Source of the DNA: Barthelona sp. PCE
Taxonomy: Eukaryota
Direction of reading: 5' to 3'
DNA: 64,000 nucleotides
NCBI GenBank assembly: GCA_040285745.1
Contig: JAUFOR010000002.1
Location: forward strand, 496,001-560,000
Shown here: positions 18,401 to 26,926 of the stretch, piece by piece
How positions within the stretch are numbered: position 1 is the first letter of the stretch
Layout of the letters: every line of letters starts with the position of its first letter
Notes under the pieces: generated by a model
Database searches by the model: none
What the model was told of the DNA's origin: nothing
Seen by the model: only the letters and a program-made list of their open reading frames with translations
Translations under genes and position numbers: made by a program

Positions 18401-20680
18401 AATAAGCTGTACAATGTTTGCCACGGGTGCTATTCTACCCCCCAAAGAAAACGCTGATTCCAATGTGGAGTGAATTCCACCAGCTACAACAATACGTCCA
18501 CTAAAAATTGCTTTTTCACTAGGTTGTTGGATAGTGTGAGGGAAACATAATACTACAGAGGATGCATTTTCTTTGCGTAAAACTGCGTGAATTACGTCAT
18601 TGCGACCAATATTACGTGGTTCAATAATTTCTTCATCTACAAAGAGAGCAAACTCAGCAGAACAATTCTCAATTTTATCAATTTCAAAAAAGACTGTCAC
18701 TGAGACTTCTTCATTATCGACATCGATATCAACGCCAAAAGAAGGTGTGTCATCATAGCTGTTCAGCAACATAACCTTCTTGACTCGATCACATTCTGTT
18801 GTAAATGATGGAATAACACCATTACCAATCACTGAAATACGTTGTTTAGAAATTGTGTCAACAAGCACACATCGACAGTCCTCTTCATTACTTGAAACAG
18901 GAGAAAATCTAATGTTAATTGATTCAGTTGCTTGAGGTTGAACAATAATATCATGACGTTCCAAAGCAAAAGAGCGTTTTCTATCTTCTTCGATTACAAA
19001 ACAAAGATGAGCACGTTTAGAATGAGGATTAGTAAGACTGAAACTCAATTCACCTTGTTGTCCAACTACAACTTGCTTAACAAGCACAGCCTTGGGTAAA
19101 TTGATTTTTGCAGTCTCTTCTTTTTGAAGTGGTTCATCATCGAGTGTGAATGGATCTGTATTCAGGTGATACTTCTGTTGTGTGATGTTAAACTGTGCTT
19201 TTGATTTAGGTAAGTCACGTACACTGTCAACAATAGAATCTCTGGATTCAATACCGTTGCCTTTAACAGAATATCTTAACCTCTGTAAACCCACTGCAGT
19301 GCGTACTGAAACAATCAATGTAACATTGTAAGCTTGTATTTCTTCAGGAGAAAATTTGACAGGAATTTCTACAAGTTCTCTACCTTGAACTAATAAAACA
19401 TCATTACCAATAGAGAACGAACGTTTCATCTTCATATCACCTTCAAAACTCAAACCAATGGCAACTGATGTATCTTGGGGGTTTTCAAGAGGTAAAATAA
19501 GGCAAGCTGTTTCACCAATATGAACTTTTCCAAATGAAATAAGACTGGCTAGTTGCATATTCATTTCAGGAAGAGGTTCTGGTTTAGAAACTGGTTCTTC
19601 CTCAATTGGTGTTTTAATAGTGGGTTCTGGCATAATTTCTTCAACCAATTCGGGGGTGGGTGTTTTGATTTCATCAAGAGAATCTAAGTTAATAATTTGT
19701 TCAGGATCATGGGTCTTGATGGGTTCTGGTGTCTGTTCTCTAATGGGTTCCGGAGTTGGGGTTTTAACGGACTCCGTAGTTGCTTCCTCAATTGGTTCAG
19801 TTACTATTTCCACAATTGGTTCAGGTGTTGGCTCTTGTATAATTTCATTCACAGTTTCAACAATAGGCTCAGGAGTAGGTTCTTTAGGTTGCTCTTCAGC
19901 ATCTAAATCGATCAAGTCAGGTGTGGGTGTATTGATTAGTTCGGGAACAGTTTCTTTATCTACTTCAACAGTGAGTTCTTCAAGAAGATCCAAATCTTGC
20001 AGTTCAGTGTTGATAATGTCCATGATTTCATCATCTTTTTCAAGTGTTAGAACAGGCTTCTCATTATCTTGTGTGTGAGTGGGTGCATCGTTACGTGGCT
20101 CCTCTGACTGTTCGATTTCAACCTTTGTAGGTTTATGGGTGGGACATTCAATGTATATATCGGCCTCACCGAGTACCTTGCCAGATTCAGTCGCAGCTAC
20201 AACTACACAGCTTTCGTTTTCCTCTAAAGTTGCGAAATCAACAACAACAGAAACACGAGCAGAACCAAATGGTTCAATAGATACCTCGGGGGTGACGTAA
20301 AGATGATCAGATGTGCTATGTAAATACAAACGCAGAGTTGAATCATAAGTTGAGGTTAAAGTCAATGAACGTTCAGAAACTGTGGTGTCAAGTATAACCG
20401 CCATCGGAATCAAAGACAGTTCTCCACCCTCAGGATCATTATGTTCCTCATTGAGCCATTTTGATTGCAAACGAGATAGATGTTCATCCACCAGCGTAGT
20501 ATCCGTAATAAAATCATCCTCCATCTGTTTTTCGTCAGTGCGACCCTCATTTGATGTTACAAAATACCCTTGATCGTATTCAATGCTGAGATCCCTCACA
20601 GGACTGGATTCAGATTTGAGAATATCTAATGCAGCATCCACAGTGTCTTTTCTTTCAGGCGAACGAGGTTCAGCTGACAT
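15425..20680 (-). CDS. Large ASH/PapD-like repeat protein, Cep192/SPD-2-like
   Basis: Repeated Ig-like units (SFGKVHIG..LPLEN..IPVKFSP; VDCGVVALG..FKFKN..ITITFCP), an acidic PTPEP-repeat region and a coiled coil. Confidence 0.6.
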   Translation of the reverse strand: MSAEPRSPERKDTVDAALDILKSESSPVRDLSIEYDQGYFVTSNEGRTDEKQMEDDFITDTTLVDEHLSRLQSKWLNEEHNDPEGGELSLIPMAVILDTTVSERSLTLTSTYDSTLRLYLHSTSDHLYVTPEVSIEPFGSARVSVVVDFATLEENESCVVVAATESGKVLGEADIYIECPTHKPTKVEIEQSEEPRNDAPTHTQDNEKPVLTLEKDDEIMDIINTELQDLDLLEELTVEVDKETVPELINTPTPDLIDLDAEEQPKEPTPEPIVETVNEIIQEPTPEPIVEIVTEPIEEATTESVKTPTPEPIREQTPEPIKTHDPEQIINLDSLDEIKTPTPELVEEIMPEPTIKTPIEEEPVSKPEPLPEMNMQLASLISFGKVHIGETACLILPLENPQDTSVAIGLSFEGDMKMKRSFSIGNDVLLVQGRELVEIPVKFSPEEIQAYNVTLIVSVRTAVGLQRLRYSVKGNGIESRDSIVDSVRDLPKSKAQFNITQQKYHLNTDPFTLDDEPLQKEETAKINLPKAVLVKQVVVGQQGELSFSLTNPHSKRAHLCFVIEEDRKRSFALERHDIIVQPQATESINIRFSPVSSNEEDCRCVLVDTISKQRISVIGNGVIPSFTTECDRVKKVMLLNSYDDTPSFGVDIDVDNEEVSVTVFFEIDKIENCSAEFALFVDEEIIEPRNIGRNDVIHAVLRKENASSVVLCFPHTIQQPSEKAIFSGRIVVAGGIHSTLESAFSLGGRIAPVANIVQLIPIEIEIGMPSISAKYVDDAIVVTNNCPIPLSITIDNDEILLDDEIKYPVEQSDKDTTQIIKYGDRSHQVVIPKKKLHKLPLVCSVRIVDCGVVALGKDKAITFKFKNKLDTPITNVHFSCFDDFTVDPTVLNFDPGQAHKITITFCPAQVARYRSMLSVTCEGYRTLMLPVLGIGGVSHVQFIDGSGEEVFLNGSVYVTDEMSAHNVGNRDATVIVNQEMIPVPANSVVPIGELLQVNEQNSVSSCESVLGDLLFIAQKEGSISEVEKSLEHVIIGEGTSPRFMRDSLRQLDFFYVRKWVTEHTQMHVFDYVPFTEHDEDHAEFEDFSESETESIAESTDSLSVVSIQDLSTESSSEEEEFVEEDQVSEELTKHKVKPKLADNTARQAKLVQRLNNLRKQREIRKKEKEMEKLEEENVEESPSFKLDIRDLVSSQQEDSFEELRVEELVTPRVEMVKNTMDDIVHSRVVRKFLRESKFKNPSKSFTLGVSRIIWSDTTQEQRISINNNLRRSMPIIFRCPPNCPTVFEFKPSKFTLRSSSSSRFCVRILHAALNSTFSEFISSGKTSHAFGSNMHIRLVKSFIVLLTNIEIRAGGEFSRIPVVIVKSSTESPRNRYIVSAAGIHEKIKVASTPNTSPYSRSFGNPFKKKVLSPIRRSSKRSRVKSSPIMKRGRLVVRTKVIPLQLAVPQFRDDTTTVSTTVYGSIVLENIGSGTAAIRHTSDMLVDCPNELSAKDSCLAYFNYPVTNVIGKHNKRVLFTSGKQKSDAYVKMMLKPTLVTETSPFPELNKITTNGFEVDPLVLFSNKCRIVHCCIINRTSKTRKLHFPRSNRYEFPTTDVVIAPESYIDVPIKLTSIPKVSSGNIMLWDVLFLHSDSGDTIPITCAYYGSSSAIKIHGLDKDREIILRPDHPVSLISVENTTNVPQSFQAIVGESDVISITPTRETIDANGVCQLSVFCAFNRFENHKRKSVRVRIIGKSFDEAFTITAVDI

Positions 20681-20765
20681 CTAAAAGAATAGAAACGTTA
20701 TAAAGGTGAAATAGATTTTTACACCCATCTCTTTGAATTTTTTAGTTCATTTATTGCTCATTTGA

Positions 20766-21851
20766 ATGCAGGGGGTGTCTACAAAGTGTAAATCCATTGT
20801 TTTAATGGTTTCTATTGTGCTAGCATTGGTTTTTTTTTTCCCATGGAACTCAATTCTTGATCACTTTAATCCATACCCTTCAGTTAACACAGTCCCACTA
20901 AATAACAGAACAATTGACAGTAGATTTGGTAAAAACCAATATTCTAGAAGTATGGTGAATAGAATGACTGAACACGTTGATTTTCTGGTAAATTTAAGTC
21001 AAAATGACACTGAGATTGTAGAATGTTCCAAGAAGTTCGCGTATGTGACTCTTATAACAGCAGATCGATATATTTTACCTCTTAAAGTATTAAAATATAG
21101 TATCGACAGAACAAATTCCACGGGTGAATATGTGGTTATGACATTTGAGGATTCGCTTTCAGAAGAAGGTGCATCTTCACTAAGGGAAGCTGGATTTATT
21201 ATTAAAATAGTAGAAATGATTCAAGGTCCGCAAAATTTACTCTCAAGTAATAGATTTGATGTAGTTTGGTCCAATCTACAGGCGTTTACTCTGGAGGAGT
21301 ACGATCGTATCCTTCAGCTTGATGTTGATATGATAGTAACAAAAAGTTTAAATGATTCTTGTATTCTCAATGGTATTTGGCAAGAAAGGGATACATTTAA
21401 AGATTTTGAAAGAGGTAATGGAGGTTTATGGTCATTTGAACCGGATAGACATTTCTTAAAAGCAATGTTGAAACAAATCAATGATTTTGCAACTTATCCT
21501 TCGCATTATAATTTGCTTTGGAAGCTGCAAAATTATCAAATGTTCGGATTGGAAACTACAGTGAATTTTTATGGTTATCATTATGGAATCGGTCAATGGC
21601 ATATGGTGAATGATATTTATTCAACAGGTATAATTCCGCAGCATATTCACGCAATACATTACTTTTCTGGATTATTAGAATCATCAAAACCATGGCAAAC
21701 ATTACCTGAAACTAAATTAGAACTTGAAGAAATGTTTGAAACAGTGAAACAACAAGAAGGTATGCAATCAATAGATAATATATGGATAAAGATTGCAGCC
21801 GAGTATTATTCCAAACATCCTTCACATTGGGATATACATTACCCTTCATAG
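20766..21851 (+). CDS. Glycosyltransferase family 8-like type II membrane protein
   Basis: N-terminal TM, FAYVTLIT, EYDRILQLDVDMIV (DxD), HYF...KPW. Confidence 0.8.
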   Translation: MQGVSTKCKSIVLMVSIVLALVFFFPWNSILDHFNPYPSVNTVPLNNRTIDSRFGKNQYSRSMVNRMTEHVDFLVNLSQNDTEIVECSKKFAYVTLITADRYILPLKVLKYSIDRTNSTGEYVVMTFEDSLSEEGASSLREAGFIIKIVEMIQGPQNLLSSNRFDVVWSNLQAFTLEEYDRILQLDVDMIVTKSLNDSCILNGIWQERDTFKDFERGNGGLWSFEPDRHFLKAMLKQINDFATYPSHYNLLWKLQNYQMFGLETTVNFYGYHYGIGQWHMVNDIYSTGIIPQHIHAIHYFSGLLESSKPWQTLPETKLELEEMFETVKQQEGMQSIDNIWIKIAAEYYSKHPSHWDIHYPS

Positions 21852-22990
21852 TTTGCTGAATCAATGATAAGATTGCACATTCTGGATAAAGGCGTGTTTT
21901 TTGGAATGGAATTTTGCAAAGTAAGTGCATGATCTGTTAGGAGAAATGATAAGTATCCTTCACCAGGCTGATCATCCAGTATCCAGTGGAATAAAGATTC
22001 AATAGTTGAATAATTTTTTTCTGTTAAACAATTATCAATCAGTGTTTTTATCATATTACTCAATGCAATACTTCTGCTACCTGATGCCAGATCATTCAAA
22101 AGTGGTCTTATTTTAGGAAATACCATTTTAAAGATTGTCTTGTTTGTCATGTCATTTTGCACAAGTCCAAACCCTGTTGGCAACAAATATTCCATCGTAT
22201 CGCTGTAGTAATCAAGATTGACAGTTCTAAGCAGAACATTTTGCGCAAGGACTGAAAAGTTCAAAAAGAAAAATTCGCGTTCATCACCCATACCAAATGC
22301 ACAGTTCTCTGCAGCGGAGTTAAATACCTCCCTCAGATCGCCCATCCCGTCTGTTCTTAGAAGAGGAATTAAAAGAGTGCAGAAAACTTCAAAAAAAGTT
22401 GTATGCCTGTTCAAAAAAGCAACTTCCATTGCATACATTATTACATCACTGCGGAACCAAGAAAACATCCCATCACCCTGTTCCAAGCTCAATTGAACTT
22501 TTAAAGCAAGTAACGTGAGTATGCACAACTGGGCACGATGACTCTCTGGTACTTTGGCAATTGACTCGTTCTCAATAATGTCAAACACATTCTTCGTTAC
22601 AGTTATTATGTAGTCCTTGATCATAGGGGCGCATAATTCGCTGTAGCTGTTTGCTGTTGATAGCAAAGCAAACAGAAATAGCTGAATACAATGACTTGGA
22701 GGTTGTGGAGAAGCAAAAAAGAGCGTTATAGTATCCTCAAACATACCATAATCCGTAGATATGAGATCTTCAACAGAGACACCATAAACAAGTACCCTTT
22801 GAATACTTTCTGTTATGGAAAAACATAAATGTGGAAATTTGTTTAATAAAGCATCAAAATCATCAGGATCTCCTCCCTTGTTGAGAAGTTTATCAATAAA
22901 CTGTACACTTTCTTTGCGCATAAAACTGTTAACAACCGATAATTCTAATTCTAAAAGAGAATTATCATCTTCTAACTCAAAATCTGACAT
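21839..22990 (-). CDS. Hypothetical helical protein
   Basis: 383-aa ORF, Leu-rich helical composition, no recognised motif. Confidence 0.6.
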   Translation of the reverse strand: MSDFELEDDNSLLELELSVVNSFMRKESVQFIDKLLNKGGDPDDFDALLNKFPHLCFSITESIQRVLVYGVSVEDLISTDYGMFEDTITLFFASPQPPSHCIQLFLFALLSTANSYSELCAPMIKDYIITVTKNVFDIIENESIAKVPESHRAQLCILTLLALKVQLSLEQGDGMFSWFRSDVIMYAMEVAFLNRHTTFFEVFCTLLIPLLRTDGMGDLREVFNSAAENCAFGMGDEREFFFLNFSVLAQNVLLRTVNLDYYSDTMEYLLPTGFGLVQNDMTNKTIFKMVFPKIRPLLNDLASGSRSIALSNMIKTLIDNCLTEKNYSTIESLFHWILDDQPGEGYLSFLLTDHALTLQNSIPKNTPLSRMCNLIIDSANYEG

Positions 22991-23092
22991 ATTTAAAGTA
23001 TAAGCTATAATTAGAGCAACTGAAGCCCAAAAAAGAAGTGAAAGGAAGAATAAATTGAATTGCGATTTTTATTTGCATAATGAATAGATACG

Positions 23093-24162
23093 CTAGCTAT
23101 TCAACCAATCCTCTAATTTCTGAGCACCACTTGAAACACCTTGAGTAACAGTTTTCTTTGCGCCTTTGAAAAACTTACCAACCGCAGAAAAAACTGGTTG
23201 TGCACGAGTCATAATAGATTCACTATTATTATTGTAAGCTTCAGAGTTTGAATAACGTCTTGAATTGGTAAGAGCACCAGTATTAGTTTCTAAAACGTTC
23301 CCTGACAAAGCGGGTGAAACTGACCTTGACCTATTATTCATTGGTGGAGCAGAGTGTGATGATCGATTGGATGAAGAAGACTTTGTAGGAACACCCAATG
23401 TATTTGTTGAACGGGCTCCAACTTTACGCGAATTTAAACCTTTTCTTCTTCTACGTTGCGTTGATCTTTGAGGTTGAGGGTGAATTATGGAGCTCTTTGG
23501 AGCACCGGTGTTACTTTCTTCATTAAGAAAGTCCTCAAGCTCTGTTTTGGATTCAGTACTAATCAGTTCAACTATAGGTTCTTCGGGAGCTTCACCATCA
23601 TTTAAAAATGCTTCCACAACACTTTCTAAGTGATCTCTATACACTTGCGCTGCTCTACAAACATATTTGGATCTTGTATCATAACCTTGAATACCGTACG
23701 CTGGCAATCCATTTTTTTCAAAAAATTCTTGAGCCTTTTTGTTGCCACCTTTACGCATAATTATGACATTCTTTGGTGGGTGATCATCCAAATCAATAGA
23801 TCTAAAAGTTAGAAAAGCATAAAAAAAAATGTGGCAATGAATGTATGGACTTTCCAACAGATTACAACAATAATAGCTATTAAGGGATCCCAGCATCGCA
23901 TAAGACATGTTTTTTGGATCATCAATAACAAAAAAGCGTGTAGACTGTTTGAAGTCTATATTCGTTACACTACCAATAATGTACCATACTGTACAAATGA
24001 CTTGGCAGCTCCCAGCCCTCGATGTCTTCCGGCGCATTTGATACACACAAAGACTCCAAAGGTCAAACTGACCCATCCCGTTGTGCTAGCATTGCAATCA
24101 AAACATCTCCTGTTATGTGGGATTCTCTGCAGCTGCATCAATGCAGTTTTTGTGTCACTCAT
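23093..24162 (-). CDS. ArfGAP (Gcs1/Glo3, ArfGAP1/2/3-type). Exons 24162-23990 and 23801-23093.
   Basis: Exon 1 CFDC...WVSLTFGVFVCIKCAGRHRGLG. Splicing gives KSFVQ-SIDLD, then MRKGGNKKAQEFF...KY..RAAQVYR. Confidence 0.9.
23802..23989 (-). other. Spliceosomal intron, 188 nt (ArfGAP)
   Basis: GTATGG...TTCTAACTTTTAG. Removal joins two ORF frames into a continuous ArfGAP domain. Confidence 0.9.
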
Positions 24163-24343
24163 AGTGTTCGTGAGGTTTGTAATGAATGAAAAGGGTTGAA
24201 TGAGTGTAACGATTGTAAAAGCGAGGTTATATGTTTTTGGATTTGCGGTGTGATGCTGTATATGTACGTCCATGAACTGTAAGATGTGTAATACTGCGAA
24301 TATACTGCTTTATCATTTATTCGCCATTTCATTGCCATTTTAA

Positions 24344-24652
24344 ATGGTTAAGTTTACAGTTCCCGATGAATTTCTTCACAGATTAAAGAATGAACGATTA
24401 CCGGTTTACGTTTGTTTAAAATGGGGCCAGAAGTACATTGGTTTTTTGAATTCATTTGATTCAAGGATTAACATTGAATTGGGGGAAGTTTATGAGTTTA
24501 ATGAAACATCAGAAGACTCAGCAACTTTCGAAGACGATCAGAAACTGGAAAAACTAATAATACGGTGCAACAATATTCTGACTATCTCTGACATTAACAG
24601 TATTAATCCTGAGAAGAATGATTTGATTAGACAGTGGCGTGCCTGCCAATAA
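24344..24652 (+). CDS. SNRPF: Small nuclear ribonucleoprotein F (Sm fold)
   Basis: P..FL..L...PVYVCLKWGQKYIGFL.SFD..IN and LIIRCNNILTI match SmF Sm1/Sm2 motifs. Confidence 0.8.
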   Translation: MVKFTVPDEFLHRLKNERLPVYVCLKWGQKYIGFLNSFDSRINIELGEVYEFNETSEDSATFEDDQKLEKLIIRCNNILTISDINSINPEKNDLIRQWRACQ

Positions 24653-24996
24653 CATCAGTTGTCAGTTTAGAAGATACAACAAAGATGTCATAAATCGCAT
24701 TTACAACTACACATCAACTTTAGATTCACAATTTACATATCAACAGTCCCATAATAGCACGTAGCTTTCAGGCTTCATACAATTAATGAAAAATAAAAGA
24801 GTTGAATTGTTTTTTGTAAAACAGGTACGATATCTTTCAGTTTAAAACTGAAAATAATAAGTAAATATCATGAAATAAATGAAGTTTATCATGAAAAACA
24901 TAAAAAATATCTACAAAATAAAGTGTACCAAAAGTTCAAAGTTGTATTTGTTTCATTCCCTTTATCACGTTTTATTTGTTTTCTTAAACTCGTCAT

Positions 24997-25446
24997 ATGT
25001 TCATTACCGTGTTCCTGGGCCTCATTCAAATCATAGCTTCAGCTGCGGTATTTTTCGGACCATTGGTCATCCTCATAAGCCTTTATGATTGGAGCAGTGG
25101 TTCCATCTCAAATATGTCAATACTAAGGAGGAAAAAACAAGCTACAAAGATCGAACTATATTGCATTTATGCTTCGCTCATTCTTTCAATACTTAGCTGT
25201 TCTCTATTAGCTATTTTCTTCTCATTATGCATAGTATCATACCATTACATTACACATAAGCGCATGAGACATGTCTTCAATGGTTTAGATATTGGAACAA
25301 ATCATCAAAAACTTACTCAATACTACATTTACACACTCCTAATCAATTTGATTTACTTTATAATTACAGTTTTAATCACAATTCGCAGAATTACAACTGC
25401 GATATCCTTGCGTAACATGAAACAATACATGAACATAAGAATTTAA
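24997..25446 (+). CDS. Small membrane protein, unknown function
   Basis: 149-aa ATG-initiated ORF with three hydrophobic segments. Confidence 0.55.
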   Translation: MFITVFLGLIQIIASAAVFFGPLVILISLYDWSSGSISNMSILRRKKQATKIELYCIYASLILSILSCSLLAIFFSLCIVSYHYITHKRMRHVFNGLDIGTNHQKLTQYYIYTLLINLIYFIITVLITIRRITTAISLRNMKQYMNIRI

Positions 25447-25451
25447 TCTTT

Positions 25452-26864
25452 CTAAACAGAGGGTGTGTAAATAAGATCGTCACTGTTTGAAACAGGTCTG
25501 GCAGGAATATAACTTGTATTCGAATCAATATTCATTCTACCCATTGTTGGAACAGAAGTTGTAGCTGACCCTGATCCACCAGGAATGTAAGGTGCAGTGG
25601 AAAAGTCTACTTCTATTGGTTGATCATCTTGAACATCTAAATACAGGTGCAAATTAAAACCTTTCATCATTTTGATCAAGAAAATTGCAATCGAAACAAT
25701 AACTGTTGCAATAATGGAAACAGCTACATTATGCATATTTCTTGATAGAGAATCTGTAATAAACATAGAAAGGCCTCCGAAAGTGTATGTCCAAAGCAGC
25801 ATTTTACCATAAGCACGAGCCTTAGCAGCACCACCATCAGCTGTACGACCAATTAATGTTGTAATTGTTGCATGACACAAAGCATATCCTAGTTTGTTAC
25901 CAAATGAAGCAATGAAGTATACAAATGTATTATTGTTAAAAACAAAGAAACATGTAACAGCCATTACAATACAACCAGCCATAGAAATCTTAAAAAGACC
26001 ATGCTTATTAACAACACGTTCCACCAAAATCCATTGAAGGATGAATGATCCAGTCACACTGATCAAATATGACACAGCATAAAATGTATCACTGTAATTT
26101 TGATGTAAATGTTCAACAACTGAAATGTTAACCATTCTTTTAGAAGCTCTAATAAGACAGATTGCAACAAACAATAAACGACGCAATTTTTTCATTTCTT
26201 TTTTAAACTGACCAGTCATTTCATTGAGATTCTCAACAGCTTGTTCATTACTGGGATCTAAACCGTATTTAATATTTGATTCTGTTTGTTGTTTAACGTA
26301 TTTTTTAGCAATATTAAGCGATGAAAATATCATAATCAATCCACCAATAAGAGCAGTAATGATTGTCAGAGTAAAAAAACTACATAATGCGCTACTTATT
26401 GCTAATAAACCTTGATAGTAAGCCATGTTCTGTGCTTCTACAGCATCTTTTTGATTTGAGTAGAGTGAAAGCATCGTATAAGCCAATACCCAAGGTCCAG
26501 CTGAAAGTACATCACTAACAAAACCTGTAACAATGTGAACAATAGCACGGGTTGAACCGCTTAAGAAAATACTTAAGAAAAAGTGCGTTGCAAACAACAT
26601 ACACATTAGAACAATTGAGGTTAGCAACATGCGATGACGACCACCTCTACTTATTATCTGCCCTGTAAAATAACTTGATAGACCTAGAACCAAAACACTG
26701 ATAAAGCTGAAATTTATGTAATCATATCCAATATGACTAGAATCGTTAATAATGAATAAAACTCGACGTGAATATACTAGATAAACAGCTCCACTAAAGA
26801 AGAACATTAGCTTGAGGATCTCCTTGATCTCCTTAGTCATTTGCGTTCGTGCCCCGTTTTCCAT
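25452..26864 (-). CDS. Major facilitator superfamily-like transporter
   Basis: About 12 TM segments. G.IISRGGRH and VVNKHGLFK resemble MFS motif A in both halves. Confidence 0.7.
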   Translation of the reverse strand: MENGARTQMTKEIKEILKLMFFFSGAVYLVYSRRVLFIINDSSHIGYDYINFSFISVLVLGLSSYFTGQIISRGGRHRMLLTSIVLMCMLFATHFFLSIFLSGSTRAIVHIVTGFVSDVLSAGPWVLAYTMLSLYSNQKDAVEAQNMAYYQGLLAISSALCSFFTLTIITALIGGLIMIFSSLNIAKKYVKQQTESNIKYGLDPSNEQAVENLNEMTGQFKKEMKKLRRLLFVAICLIRASKRMVNISVVEHLHQNYSDTFYAVSYLISVTGSFILQWILVERVVNKHGLFKISMAGCIVMAVTCFFVFNNNTFVYFIASFGNKLGYALCHATITTLIGRTADGGAAKARAYGKMLLWTYTFGGLSMFITDSLSRNMHNVAVSIIATVIVSIAIFLIKMMKGFNLHLYLDVQDDQPIEVDFSTAPYIPGGSGSATTSVPTMGRMNIDSNTSYIPARPVSNSDDLIYTPSV

Positions 26865-26926
26865 AGGTTAAAAAGAGGTGTAAAAAAATATTACACCTTT
26901 TCCCATATATATTGCATAAAAAACAC

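Noticed and set aside
23847-23856. RNase P CR-I-like GGAAAGTCC in the ArfGAP intron
   Set aside because: No room for the rest of the RNA and no CR-V partner.
24649-24700. SECIS element for the Cys-TGA micro-ORF
   Set aside because: The ATGA and GA flanks pair as an ordinary helix. There is no 11-12-bp helix II above a GA quartet, and the AA spacing is wrong.
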